Both the position numbers and the translations under genes were made by a program. Under the pieces are notes generated by a model, which had not been told where the DNA came from, made no database searches, and worked only from the letters and a program-made list of their open reading frames with translations. A stretch of DNA of 64,000 nucleotides from Pseudomonadota bacterium (GTDB lineage Bacteria; Pseudomonadota; Alphaproteobacteria; UBA828): contig JAQBTG010000017.1 of NCBI GenBank assembly GCA_027624955.1, positions 1,929 through 65,928 of the forward strand, in the 5' to 3' direction. Below, piece after piece: positions 31,235 through 41,361 of this stretch (position 1 is its first letter; each line of letters starts with the position of its first letter).

Positions 31235-32725
31235 CTACGTGCCGATTCCGCCCATACAGAGATATTTGACCTCCATGAACTCGTCCAGGCCGTAATGCGA
31301 GCCCTCTCGCCCGATGCCGGATTCCTTCATGCCGCCAAATGGCGCAACCTCGGTTGAGATGATGCCGGCATTGATACCGACAATGCCATATTCAAGCTGC
31401 TCGGCGACGCGCCAGATGCGACCGATATCGCGGCTGTAGAAATAGGCGGCAAGGCCGAACTCCGTATCGTTGGCGAGCTGCACGGCCTCTTCATCAGTAT
31501 GGAACCGAAACAGCGGCGCCAGAGGGCCGAATGTCTCTTCGCGGGCGACCTTCATCTGCGTGTTGACGTTGGCAATCACGGTCGGTTGGAAAAAACTGCC
31601 ACCCAATTCATGACGCTTGCCGCCGGTAACTATCCTCGCGCCCTTGTCGAGCGCATCCTGAATATGTTCCTCGATTTTCTCGACTGCCGCCATATCGATC
31701 AACGGTCCCTGCTCTGTCTCGCCCTTGAGACCTGGGCCGACGCGCATCTTGTCGCTTGCCGCAGCGAGCTTTTCCGCAAACTCATCATACACCCCATCCT
31801 GAACCAAAAAGCGATTGGCGCAGACGCAGGTTTGTCCGGTATTGCGGTATTTCGAGGCCATCGCTCCTTCGATCGCCGCGTCCATATCAGCATCGTCGAA
31901 AACGATAAAAGGCGCGTTGCCGCCAAGTTCCATGGAAACCTTCTTTACCGTGGCCGCGCATTGCGCGATCAAAATCTTTCCGACCTCGGTGGAGCCTGTG
32001 AAGGAGAGCTTGCGTACAATCGGGTTGGAGGTTATTTCCGCGCCCATCTCGCGCGACGGGCCAGTGAGGATATTGAGCACACCCGGCGGAATGCCGGCGC
32101 GCTCAGCCAGCTCGCAGAGCGCCAATGCTGAATAGGGCGTCGAAGTGGCGGGGCGCGCAACCACAGTGCAGCCCGCTGCCAGCGCCGGGCCGGCCTTGCG
32201 CGTGATCATCGCGTTGGGGAAATTCCACGGTGTGATCAGGCCGACAACGCCGATCGGCTCCTTGATTACGACGATGCGCCGGTCGCTCGTCGGCTGCGGA
32301 ATCACGTCGCCATAAGCGCGCTTTCCCTCTTCAGCAAACCATTCAACAAACGAGGCGCCATAGCCGATTTCGCCGCGCGATTCGTTCAACGGCTTGCCCT
32401 GCTCAGCGGTCATAATGACTGCCAGGTCCTCCTGATTCTCCATCATCAGATCGAACCATTTGCGCAGAATCTTGGAGCGTTCCTTGGCCGTCTTCGCGCG
32501 CCATGCCGGATAGGCGCGGTTCGCCGCCTCAATCGCACGCCGGGTCTCGGCGCCGCCCATGGCAGGAACGGTGCCGATCACATCATTGTCCGCCGGGTTA
32601 GTTACATCGATGGTTTTGCCGTTGTCAGCATCGGCCCAGGCGCCGTCGATATAGCATTGCTGGCGAAGCAGCCTGCCATCCTGAAGGAATACACCGGAAA
32701 CGATTTCAGCTGAAGCAGTAGCCAT
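31235..32725 (-). CDS. gabD: NAD(P)-dependent succinate-semialdehyde dehydrogenase
   Basis: ALDH family with catalytic Cys and Glu motifs. The N-terminus (QCYIDGAWADADNGKTIDVTNPA) is GabD-like. Start at ATG 32723-32725. Confidence 0.8.
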   Translation of the reverse strand: MATASAEIVSGVFLQDGRLLRQQCYIDGAWADADNGKTIDVTNPADNDVIGTVPAMGGAETRRAIEAANRAYPAWRAKTAKERSKILRKWFDLMMENQEDLAVIMTAEQGKPLNESRGEIGYGASFVEWFAEEGKRAYGDVIPQPTSDRRIVVIKEPIGVVGLITPWNFPNAMITRKAGPALAAGCTVVARPATSTPYSALALCELAERAGIPPGVLNILTGPSREMGAEITSNPIVRKLSFTGSTEVGKILIAQCAATVKKVSMELGGNAPFIVFDDADMDAAIEGAMASKYRNTGQTCVCANRFLVQDGVYDEFAEKLAAASDKMRVGPGLKGETEQGPLIDMAAVEKIEEHIQDALDKGARIVTGGKRHELGGSFFQPTVIANVNTQMKVAREETFGPLAPLFRFHTDEEAVQLANDTEFGLAAYFYSRDIGRIWRVAEQLEYGIVGINAGIISTEVAPFGGMKESGIGREGSHYGLDEFMEVKYLCMGGIGT

Positions 32726-33092
32726 TTTTGAATTTCTCCATATTCTAAAATTCATGTGCCCGAGCAAAGACACCCTTCCGCCGCGCCCGGATTTGGCCTC
32801 ACCCTATCGCTCCGGCCCATCGGCGGCAACCGCATCTGATGGGCAGGTTTGAAGAGGCCGACGAAACGTGAGTTTCCCGAATTCTTGCGATATGCTGCGC
32901 GCCGTGAGAAGAAAAATGCCTGTCCAATTGCGCCCCATCCGGCAGCATATTTTAGCCCGCAGGGCACCTGTGGTCACAGCGTTTGGCAAACGGTGACAGA
33001 ATTCAATATGAGCGGCACCGGGATTTATAGCGGCAGCAATTTTGCCGATCTCGACACCGGTCCAGTTCGCTCATGGAGCGGGTAGGCCAAGT

Positions 33093-34013
33093 GTGAAAAT
33101 TGCGGTTATGGCAGCGGGCGGCGTCGGCGGCTATTTCGGCGCTCGCCTCGCGGCGGCCGGCTTGGAGGTACACTTCATCGCCCGTGGTGCACATCTTGCA
33201 GCCATCCAGAATACCGGCCTTCACCTCGAAAGTGCGCTCGGCGATCTTCATATTGAAGATGCGCGGGTTTCGGACGACCCCGCTGCCATCGGTGCCGCGG
33301 ATGTCGTGCTGTTCGCGGTCAAACTGTGGGACACCGAAGCAGCGGCCAACGCCTGCAAAGCGCTGCTGGGCCGCAACACCACCGTCATCATGCTGCAAAA
33401 CGGCATCGATGGCGTCGCGCGCCTGACGCCGGCCTTGGGCGGCCGGTCTGTAGTTGGCGGTGTTGCCTATATTTCAGCGTTCATCGAACGTCCCGGCGTC
33501 ATCCGCCATCACGGGAATTTTGCACGCTTGCAGTTCGGCGATTCAAACGGTGGCGAAACTGCACGCCTCCGTAATTTCCTAAATGTTTGCCAACAGGCGG
33601 GCATCGAAGCCGAAATATCGGCCGACATCGAGCTGACGCAATGGCAGAAGTTTGTATTCCTGGTCGGCTTAAGCGGCGCCACAGCGGTGACCCGCAGTGG
33701 GATCGGCGCCATTGTCGCAGATTCAGATTGCCGTCTCCTGTTGTTGAACTTGATGGCGGAAACAGCCGCAGTCGGGCGCGCTCGCGGCGTGGCCCTTGCC
33801 GACGATTACGCGCTCGACCGTCTCGCCTTTGCTGAGAACCTGCCGCCCGACATGAAGGCGTCGACGCTCGACGATTTGGAGCGCGGCAAGCGCCTGGAAG
33901 TGGATTGGCTCTCCGGCGAAGTCTCGCGCCTCGGGCGCGAACTCGCCGTCCCGACGCCGGCCAACGATGCCGTCTACGCCGCTCTCAAGCTGCATCGCGG
34001 CGGCGCAGATTAG
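33093..34013 (+). CDS. panE: 2-dehydropantoate 2-reductase
   Basis: VKIAVMAAGGVGGYFGARLAAAG Rossmann N-terminus and ApbA C-terminal domain. A GTG start at 33093 is preferred; ATG 33108 is the alternative. Confidence 0.75.
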   Translation: MKIAVMAAGGVGGYFGARLAAAGLEVHFIARGAHLAAIQNTGLHLESALGDLHIEDARVSDDPAAIGAADVVLFAVKLWDTEAAANACKALLGRNTTVIMLQNGIDGVARLTPALGGRSVVGGVAYISAFIERPGVIRHHGNFARLQFGDSNGGETARLRNFLNVCQQAGIEAEISADIELTQWQKFVFLVGLSGATAVTRSGIGAIVADSDCRLLLLNLMAETAAVGRARGVALADDYALDRLAFAENLPPDMKASTLDDLERGKRLEVDWLSGEVSRLGRELAVPTPANDAVYAALKLHRGGAD

Positions 34014-34045
34014 GGTTTCCCGCGGCCATGATGCTGGCTTGCCAT

Positions 34046-34498
34046 TTATCGAGGAGGCGCCCGCAAAGAGCCGGGAAGGGCGTCGACGTCTAGACGCCTG
34101 AGACCGAGCCACTGCGCCACGGCAAGTGCCGCAACGGCAAATGCCACTGCGCCGATCAGCCATAGCCCGGCGGCGGAGAACCAGTGCGGCGCCAGCGCCA
34201 GTAGCAGAATACTAGCAATCACCCAGACGTCGTCCATGAGGATGGTCAGAATCGCTTCGCCCCGTTTCAACGGCCGGCGCAGGATTTGGCGCAACAGACC
34301 AGCGGAAAAAAGCAACAAACCGGCGCCCAGCACCAGCATCAACCACTGCGGCACCGCCTCGCCCAAAAAATCCGCGATAACGCCGGGCGCCACCAACAGG
34401 GCGAGTCCGGACGCGGCTGAAAATAGAAAATTCTCTGTCAAAGCCAGACGAAGAAATCTTTCCTTGGTCTCGGTCGGTGCGGTCATTCTTTCCTCCAC
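34046..34498 (-). CDS. hypothetical membrane protein (3-4 TM helices)
   Basis: Hydrophobic segments only, no recognisable motif. The start may instead be the 5th codon (MTAPTE). Confidence 0.45.
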   Translation of the reverse strand: MEERMTAPTETKERFLRLALTENFLFSAASGLALLVAPGVIADFLGEAVPQWLMLVLGAGLLLFSAGLLRQILRRPLKRGEAILTILMDDVWVIASILLLALAPHWFSAAGLWLIGAVAFAVAALAVAQWLGLRRLDVDALPGSLRAPPR

Positions 34499-34554
34499 AA
34501 TTCAGTCGTTGAGTGTGTTGAGAGGAAATTGGTGTCTCCGGCGATTCCCTGCAA

Positions 34555-34569
34555 TTACCTCCGAGGTAA
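34555..34569. promoter_or_regulatory. 6-3-6 palindrome TTACCT-CCG-AGGTAA upstream of the MmyB-like regulator gene
   Basis: Read directly from the sequence, in the divergent intergenic region 34499-34627. Confidence 0.35.
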
Positions 34570-34627
34570 TGTCCGAGCGGAAATCGACACGTTAGTATGA
34601 ACACCGTCCGACTGAGAGGAAGCAGGA

Positions 34628-35437
34628 ATGGCGAGAGCGGCGTTGGCTTCACACACACCCTTCGGAGGGGCACTCAAACAGGCGCGCGGCCTGCACGGCA
34701 TGAGCCAACTTACGCTGGCGCTCGAAGCCGGTGTCTCGGCGCGTCATGTGAGTTTTATTGAATTAGGGCGCGCGCAGCCGAGCCGGCCGATGGTGCTGCG
34801 CTTGGCGGAAGCGCTCGAATTACCGCTGCGGGAGAGCAATATGTTGCTCAACGCCGCGGGCTACGCGGCGCATTACCGTGAGCGCGGTCTCGAAGATGCC
34901 GATCTCGCTCCGGCGCGGCGCGTTCTCGAAATGATGCTGGAGAGTCACGACCCCTACCCTGCCCTCGTCTTCAACCGCCATTGGGATCTGGTGATGGCCA
35001 ATATGGGTGCGGCCAATCTAACCCGGCTGTTGGACCTGCCAGCGATCGACGGCCCGGCCAACCTGCTGCGCCTGATGCTCCATCCCGACATGCTAAAACC
35101 CTATATCGAGAATTGGGAGGCGGTGGCGCGTGATGTAGTGATGAGGGCGCGCCGGGAAGCGGAACCCGGAGACGAAATTGCGGCGCGCCTGTTTGATGAA
35201 GTGCTGGCTTATCCGGGGGTACCCGAGGATTGGCGCGATCCGATCATGGCGCCACCCAACGCGCCTTTCCTCAACGTCACGTTTAATGCCGGCGGACGGC
35301 GGCTCTCTTGGGTCACAACGTTCACCACCTTCGGCACGCCGCAGGACATCACATTGCAGGAACTCCGCATCGAAAGCTTTTACCCAGCAGACGAAGCGAC
35401 GGAAAAAGCGGCGGCGGAACTGGCTGAAAATTATTGA
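34628..35437 (+). CDS. MmyB-like HTH transcriptional regulator (XRE-family HTH plus MmyB C-terminal domain)
   Basis: HTH (MSQLTLALEAGVSARHVSFIELGR) and a conserved MmyB-like C-terminal region (NRHWDLVMAN...). Confidence 0.75.
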   Translation: MARAALASHTPFGGALKQARGLHGMSQLTLALEAGVSARHVSFIELGRAQPSRPMVLRLAEALELPLRESNMLLNAAGYAAHYRERGLEDADLAPARRVLEMMLESHDPYPALVFNRHWDLVMANMGAANLTRLLDLPAIDGPANLLRLMLHPDMLKPYIENWEAVARDVVMRARREAEPGDEIAARLFDEVLAYPGVPEDWRDPIMAPPNAPFLNVTFNAGGRRLSWVTTFTTFGTPQDITLQELRIESFYPADEATEKAAAELAENY

Positions 35438-35448
35438 AGCGGCGGCCT

Positions 35449-37344
35449 CTATCCGTTTCCGGTGCCTTCGGGCAGCGGCGCGTCCTCCCCTTCCAGCTCT
35501 TGCTTCTCCAAAGCCAGGCGCTCGGCCAGTTCCTTTTGCAGTTCCGCGGTTTCCTGCTGGCGATGCCACATGTCGGCATATTTGCCGTCGCTCGCCAGCA
35601 ATTCCGCATGGCGGCCACGCTCTACGATGCGCCCGCCGTCGAGTACTAGAATTTGATCGGAATCGACGATCGTCGACAGGCGGTGAGCGATCACCAGGGT
35701 TGAGCGGTCACGACTGACTTCTTTGAGATTAGCCTGAATTTCCTTTTCGGTCCCGGAATCGAGCGCCGAAGTCGCCTCATCGAACAGCATGATGCGCGGG
35801 TTTTTAAGGATCGTGCGGGCAATGGCGACACGCTGCTTCTCGCCGCCGGAGAGCTTGAGGCCGCGCTCGCCTACCTGTGTCTCGTAGCCGTCCGGCAAGG
35901 CACCGATGAATTCATGAATATGCGCGAGACGCGCGGCTTCTTCGACTTCGGCACGGCTCGCGCTCGGATCGCCATAGGCGATATTGTAAAAAATACTGTC
36001 ATTGAACATCACCGTGTCTTGCGGGACGATGCCGATGGCGGCGCGCAGAGACTGCTGCTGCACCTCACTTATGTCTTGCCCGTCGATGCGCACGCTGCCG
36101 CTTTCGATATCGTAAAAGCGGAAGAGGATGCGCGAGATGGTGGATTTGCCGGCACCGCTGGCGCCAACGATGGCAACCGTCTGCCCGGCCGGCACATCGA
36201 ACGAAACATTGTCGAGGATGTTGCGCCGCGCATCGTAGCTAAAGCGCACATTCTCAAATTTGATTTCTCCGTCGCGAAGGTCGAGTGGCTTTGCTCCTGG
36301 CTTGTCCTCGATCGCGGGATAGATATCCGTAAGCTCGAACATGGCCTCCATGTCGGTGAGCGATTGCTTGATCTCGCGGTAAACGAAACCGAGAAAATTG
36401 AGCGGAATATAGAGTTGGATCAAGTAAGTATTGACGAGAACAAAATCGCCGATGGTCATTGTACCGGCGGCGACTTCGTAGCCCGCCTTGATGGTTATGC
36501 CGGTGAGGCCGATGGCGATGATCGCACCCTGACCGATATTCAATATCGACAGGCTGGTCTTGCTCTGCACCGCCGCTTCTTCGTAGCGCTGGCGTGATTC
36601 GTCGAAACGCCGCGCTTCGTGCGCTTCGTTGCCGAAATATTTCACGGTCTCGTAATTAAGCAGGCTATCAATCGCCTTAGTGTGGGCTTCGGAATCCTGC
36701 TGGTTCATGCGGCGGCGATATTTGAGCCGCCATTCCGTCACCGTCAGCGTAAATGCGATAAATGCCGAAATGGTGACGAAGGTGATGGCGGCGTATTCCA
36801 CACCGTAGAACCACCATAAAATGCCGCACACCATGACGACCTCAACGAGGGTCGGCAGAATATTGAAAAGCATGAAGGTGAGCAGAAACTCTATGCCCTT
36901 CACACCGCGTTCAATGGCGCGCGACAACCCGCCGGTGCGCCGTTCCAGGTGAAAGCTCAACGACAATCGGTGCAGATGCTCAAAAACACGCAGTGATACC
37001 GTACGGATGGCGCGCTCGGCGACCTTCGCAAATACGGCATCGCGCAATTCGCCGAATGCCACCGTGGCGATGCGCAAGATGCCATAAGCGATCAAGATGG
37101 CGACCGGTACGACAATTAAAAATGCCTGGTCGGCCCCCAAAACATCTATCGCCTGCTTGTAAAGAATCGGCACATAGACGTTGGCGACTTTGGCCAAAAC
37201 CAAAAGAAGGATGGCAACCACGACACGCCCACGCATCTCGAAGGAAGGCTGCCACAAATATGGCAGCAGCGTGCGGATCGTGTGCATGTGCGAGCGCGAA
37301 GCCGGAGGCGGCGTCTCTCGGGCTTGGCGGGGCATTTCGACCAT
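35449..37344 (-). CDS. ABC transporter permease/ATP-binding fusion protein, ABCB/Atm1-like exporter
   Basis: Six-TM domain followed by an NBD with Walker A (GASGAGKST), signature LSGGEKQR and Walker B. Confidence 0.85.
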   Translation of the reverse strand: MVEMPRQARETPPPASRSHMHTIRTLLPYLWQPSFEMRGRVVVAILLLVLAKVANVYVPILYKQAIDVLGADQAFLIVVPVAILIAYGILRIATVAFGELRDAVFAKVAERAIRTVSLRVFEHLHRLSLSFHLERRTGGLSRAIERGVKGIEFLLTFMLFNILPTLVEVVMVCGILWWFYGVEYAAITFVTISAFIAFTLTVTEWRLKYRRRMNQQDSEAHTKAIDSLLNYETVKYFGNEAHEARRFDESRQRYEEAAVQSKTSLSILNIGQGAIIAIGLTGITIKAGYEVAAGTMTIGDFVLVNTYLIQLYIPLNFLGFVYREIKQSLTDMEAMFELTDIYPAIEDKPGAKPLDLRDGEIKFENVRFSYDARRNILDNVSFDVPAGQTVAIVGASGAGKSTISRILFRFYDIESGSVRIDGQDISEVQQQSLRAAIGIVPQDTVMFNDSIFYNIAYGDPSASRAEVEEAARLAHIHEFIGALPDGYETQVGERGLKLSGGEKQRVAIARTILKNPRIMLFDEATSALDSGTEKEIQANLKEVSRDRSTLVIAHRLSTIVDSDQILVLDGGRIVERGRHAELLASDGKYADMWHRQQETAELQKELAERLALEKQELEGEDAPLPEGTGNG

Positions 37345-37444
37345 GGATTTCCAGGCGTTGCTTAGACGTCGGACCGAACGATCCGAATGTTAAGTATGGA
37401 TTATTTTGGTGATTCGCAATCGCGGGCTACGAAAAGTGATGATG

Positions 37445-38098
37445 TCACAGGTTCGGCCGCACGAAAAAGATTACTGAAAAATAATGGCACACCGCTCCAA
37501 CCAACACGAATGCGTGCCAAATCGCGTTGTGATAGCGCAATCGCGTCCAGAGATGGAATCCTACGCCAGCGCTATAAAAGAAACCTCCGATGCCAAGCAG
37601 GGCGAGGGCCGCCCAATGCAGATTTGCGAGTAGCGGTTCGATTGCGGCGAGGCCTGCCCAACCGGTGGCAAAATAGAGAAAGATAGACAGTCTCTCCAAG
37701 CGCCCAGGATAGATCAACTTGAGCGCTACCCCGGTTAGCGCCAGCCCCCAAACCGTCCCAAACAGGCTCCACCCAAAGACGCCTTGAATGCTGTTCAACG
37801 CCACAGGCGTGTATGTGCCGGCAATCAACAAATAAATCGCCGAATGATCCAAGACTCGCAGCACATTCTTGAGCGCACCGCGGCGGACCATGTGGTAGAG
37901 CGCCGACGCGGTAAAAACGAGGACCAGTGTGCCGCCGTAAAGCGCAAAACTGGTCACCGGCAGCGCCCCGGCATAGCGGCTGGCGACAATGACCAACATG
38001 ACCAATCCGGCGGCGCTGGCTGAAATACCGAGGGCATGACCGATATTGTCGGCCACCCTTTCTCCAAATGTGTAGACCGGGGCCTGCGTCAGGCTCAA
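37445..38098 (-). CDS. hemolysin III family channel protein (PAQR/YqfA)
   Basis: 217 aa with seven TM helices and conserved His motifs of the Hly-III family. Confidence 0.8.
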   Translation of the reverse strand: MSLTQAPVYTFGERVADNIGHALGISASAAGLVMLVIVASRYAGALPVTSFALYGGTLVLVFTASALYHMVRRGALKNVLRVLDHSAIYLLIAGTYTPVALNSIQGVFGWSLFGTVWGLALTGVALKLIYPGRLERLSIFLYFATGWAGLAAIEPLLANLHWAALALLGIGGFFYSAGVGFHLWTRLRYHNAIWHAFVLVGAVCHYFSVIFFVRPNL

Positions 38099-38177
38099 AA
38101 TGATTTCTCCCTCACGACGGCGGGCGGCATTTCATGAAGTAGTCGGCGAAGCGCCGAAATACCAGCCAGTCGCTGAG

Positions 38178-40313
38178 TTACTGGCCTTCGATCAAGGCCA
38201 TGATTTCGGCGGCCGCCTTGGGAATGTTAGTTCCGGGGCCGTAAATGGCGGCGACCCCCGCCTCGATGAGAAATTCATGGTCATTGGGCGGAATGACGCC
38301 GCCGCAGATGACCAATATGTTGCCCGCGCCCTGAGCCTTCAATTCTGACAGCAGTTCCGGCACCAGAGTCTTGTGGCCGGCCGCAAGACTGGAGATACCC
38401 ACGACATGCACATCGTTCTCCACCGCTTCGCGGGCGGCTTCCTGTGGCGTCTGGAAAAGAGCGCCAATGTCGACGTCGAAGCCAATGTCGGCGAACGCGG
38501 TGGCGATGACTTTTGCGCCGCGGTCATGTCCGTCCTGGCCAAGCTTGACCACTAAGAGCCGCGGCCGGCGGCCTTCAAGTCGAGCGAAGGCGGCAACATC
38601 TGATCGAATGCGGGTAAATTCCTCGTCATTCGCATAGGCAGATGCATAGACCCCCGATACGCTCAACGGCGCCGCGCGGTGGCGGGTAAAATGCTCTTCA
38701 AGCGCGTCGGAAACCTCGCCCACCGTGGCGCGTGCGCGCATAGCGACGATCGAAAGGGCGAGCAGGTTGGAATCGCCCTGAGCCCCAGTCTTGAGAGCAT
38801 CTATCGCCGCACGCCACGCGTTCTCGTCGCGCTCAGAGCGGATTTTGGCCAGGCGAGCGATCTGCGCTTCGCGGACTGCGCTATTATCGACATCCAGCAA
38901 TTCGGGCATGTCGGTGCTGTCATTTAGATATTTGTTGACACCGACGATGGTTTCTTCGCCGCGGTCGATGCGCGCCTGCCGCCGCGTGGCAGATTCTTCG
39001 ATATGCAGCTTGGGCATCCCGGCGCTGACCGCCTTGGTCATGCCGCCCAATTCCTCAACCTGCTCGATCAGCTTCCACGCTTCAGCGGCGATCGAATGGG
39101 TCAGTGATTCGACATAGTAGGAACCGCCCAAGGGATCGATAACATTTGGCACACCGGTTTCTTCAGCCAGAATCAACTGTGTGTTGCGGGCGATACGGGC
39201 TGAAAAATCGGTTGGCAATGCGACCGCTTCATCGAGCGAATTGGTGTGCAGCGATTGCGTGCCGCCGAGCACAGCCGCCATGGCCTCGTAGGCGGTGCGC
39301 ACGACATTGTTGTAGGGGTCCTGCGCGGTGAGCGACACACCAGACGTTTGAACATGCATGCGCAACATCAGTGAGCGCGGATCCTTCGGCTCGAACTGTG
39401 CCATGATTCGCGCCCATAAAAGGCGCGCCGCGCGAAGCTTGGCGATCTCCATGAAAAAATTCATGCCGACGCAGAAAAAGAAAGAGAGACGCGGCGCAAA
39501 ATCATCTACCCGCAGCCCGCGAGAGGAGGCGGCGCGCACATATTCCAGCCCGTCGGCAAGCGTGAATGCCAGTTCTTGCACCAGTGTGGAGCCAGCTTCC
39601 TGCATGTGATAACCGGAAATCGAGATGGAGTTAAAGCGCGGCATCTGCTTGGCCGAATAGGCGACAATATCGGCGACGATGCGCATCGAGGGCTCGGGCG
39701 GATAAATGTAGGTGTTGCGCACCATGAATTCCTTGAGGATATCGTTCTGAATGGTGCCGGAGAGCTTGCCCTGGGACACGCCCTGTTCCTCCGCGGCAAC
39801 GATAAAGGCCGCCAACACGGGCAGCACCGCGCCATTCATCGTCATCGATACGCTGACTTCGCCTAGCGGGATGCCGTCGAAAAGAGTTTTCATATCCTCG
39901 ACGCTGTCGATCGCGACGCCCGCCTTGCCGACATCGCCGCGCACCCGCGGATGATCGCTGTCATACCCCCGATGAGTCGCGAGATCGAAGGCGACCGAGA
40001 GCCCCTTCTGTCCGCCGGCAAGATTGCGTTTGTAGAACGCGTTCGATTCCTCGGCGGTGGCGAAGCCGGCATATTGGCGGATCGTCCACGGCTTGTTGGC
40101 GAACATGGTGGCACGTACGCCCCGGGTAAAAGGCGCGAACCCCGGCAGATCGGCCTCGCACTCCATGTGCTCGAGGTCGGCCGCCGTATAGAGAGCTTTG
40201 ACGTCTATGCCTTCCGGAGTTTTCCAAATCAGCGAGTCTGCATCACGGCTTTTCAGCTCTTTCGCTGCAAGCGCGCGCCATTCGTCGTAGGTCTGTCTAT
40301 GGAAATCCGTCAT
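38178..40313 (-). CDS. scpA: methylmalonyl-CoA mutase, single-chain large subunit with C-terminal B12-binding domain
   Basis: 711 aa. MCM catalytic TIM-barrel motifs ([21 protein letters not shown]) and a B12-binding domain ([23 protein letters not shown]). Confidence 0.9.
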   Translation of the reverse strand: MTDFHRQTYDEWRALAAKELKSRDADSLIWKTPEGIDVKALYTAADLEHMECEADLPGFAPFTRGVRATMFANKPWTIRQYAGFATAEESNAFYKRNLAGGQKGLSVAFDLATHRGYDSDHPRVRGDVGKAGVAIDSVEDMKTLFDGIPLGEVSVSMTMNGAVLPVLAAFIVAAEEQGVSQGKLSGTIQNDILKEFMVRNTYIYPPEPSMRIVADIVAYSAKQMPRFNSISISGYHMQEAGSTLVQELAFTLADGLEYVRAASSRGLRVDDFAPRLSFFFCVGMNFFMEIAKLRAARLLWARIMAQFEPKDPRSLMLRMHVQTSGVSLTAQDPYNNVVRTAYEAMAAVLGGTQSLHTNSLDEAVALPTDFSARIARNTQLILAEETGVPNVIDPLGGSYYVESLTHSIAAEAWKLIEQVEELGGMTKAVSAGMPKLHIEESATRRQARIDRGEETIVGVNKYLNDSTDMPELLDVDNSAVREAQIARLAKIRSERDENAWRAAIDALKTGAQGDSNLLALSIVAMRARATVGEVSDALEEHFTRHRAAPLSVSGVYASAYANDEEFTRIRSDVAAFARLEGRRPRLLVVKLGQDGHDRGAKVIATAFADIGFDVDIGALFQTPQEAAREAVENDVHVVGISSLAAGHKTLVPELLSELKAQGAGNILVICGGVIPPNDHEFLIEAGVAAIYGPGTNIPKAAAEIMALIEGQ

Positions 40314-40377
40314 TGCATGATCCGCTTGCCATTTCGCAACTGCAAAAAATTATGCTGCAAAGCAGGATAACGGTCAA

Positions 40378-41358
40378 TCAGCCCCATAGGCTGGCTTCCG
40401 GCGGGTGCACGGTCATGCCGTCGTAACGCAGTCCGGGCTGACAATCGTTGGCCAACAGGAGCGGCCCGTCGAGGTCGACATATTCGGCGAACGGGGTGAG
40501 CAACACGGCCGGCGCCATGGCGAGCGACGACCCCACCATGCAACCCACCATGACCCGAAAGCCGCGCGCCCGCGCCTCACGCACCAGAGCCAACGCTTCG
40601 CTGAGTCCTCCGCTTTTGTCCAGCTTCACATTGATCATGGGGTAGCGCCCCTGCAAGCGGTCTAGGTCGGCGCGTGTATGGCAAGATTCGTCGGCGCAGA
40701 TCGGTATGGCAAACTCACGCCCGAGGAGAGCCTCGTCGCTGTCCGCCGGCAACGGTTGCTCCACCATTTCCACACCAAGTTTGGCGAGAGCAGGTAACAG
40801 TCTGTCGAGCATTTCCGGCCGCCAACCTTCATTGGCATCCACGATTAGACGCGAATTGGGTGCTCCGCCACGGACTGCGGTCACCCGCTCCAAATCGCCC
40901 TCGCCGGTTACTTTGAGCTTGAGCAACGGAAGATGCGCCGACGCGCGCGCTGCTTCGGCCATATTCTCCGGTGTGTCCAGGCTGAGAGTCATGGCGCTGA
41001 CAACCGGCGGTGGTTGGTCTATTCCAGCCAACTCCCAAACGCGCTTACCGCTCAGCTTGGCTTCCAGGTCCCAAAGCGCGCAATCGAGCGCGTTACGCGC
41101 CGCACCGGCTGGTAGGGCGTTTTGCAGATCCGCGCGTGACATACCGCTTTCGATGGCCGAGCGCACCGTCTCGATTTCCGCCACGACGCTGTCGTTGCTC
41201 TCGCCATAGTGCGGATAGGGAACGCACTCTGCCTTCCCCACTTTTCCAGCCTCTTCGATTTCCGCGAGGATGGTGGGCGTTTCTGTTCGGGAGCCGCGGG
41301 ATATGCGGAAGGTACCGCGCATCGTCCACAAATGCGTCCGTGCGCGGAGCTTGCGCAT
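40378..41358 (-). CDS. enolase-superfamily dipeptide epimerase-like protein (MR/MLE family; DgcA-like)
   Basis: MR/MLE N- and C-terminal domains with metal-ligand and KxK motifs (KLKVTG, DANEGW). 3 nt downstream of the DUF1611 gene. Confidence 0.7.
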   Translation of the reverse strand: MRKLRARTHLWTMRGTFRISRGSRTETPTILAEIEEAGKVGKAECVPYPHYGESNDSVVAEIETVRSAIESGMSRADLQNALPAGAARNALDCALWDLEAKLSGKRVWELAGIDQPPPVVSAMTLSLDTPENMAEAARASAHLPLLKLKVTGEGDLERVTAVRGGAPNSRLIVDANEGWRPEMLDRLLPALAKLGVEMVEQPLPADSDEALLGREFAIPICADESCHTRADLDRLQGRYPMINVKLDKSGGLSEALALVREARARGFRVMVGCMVGSSLAMAPAVLLTPFAEYVDLDGPLLLANDCQPGLRYDGMTVHPPEASLWG

Positions 41359-41361
41359 CGT

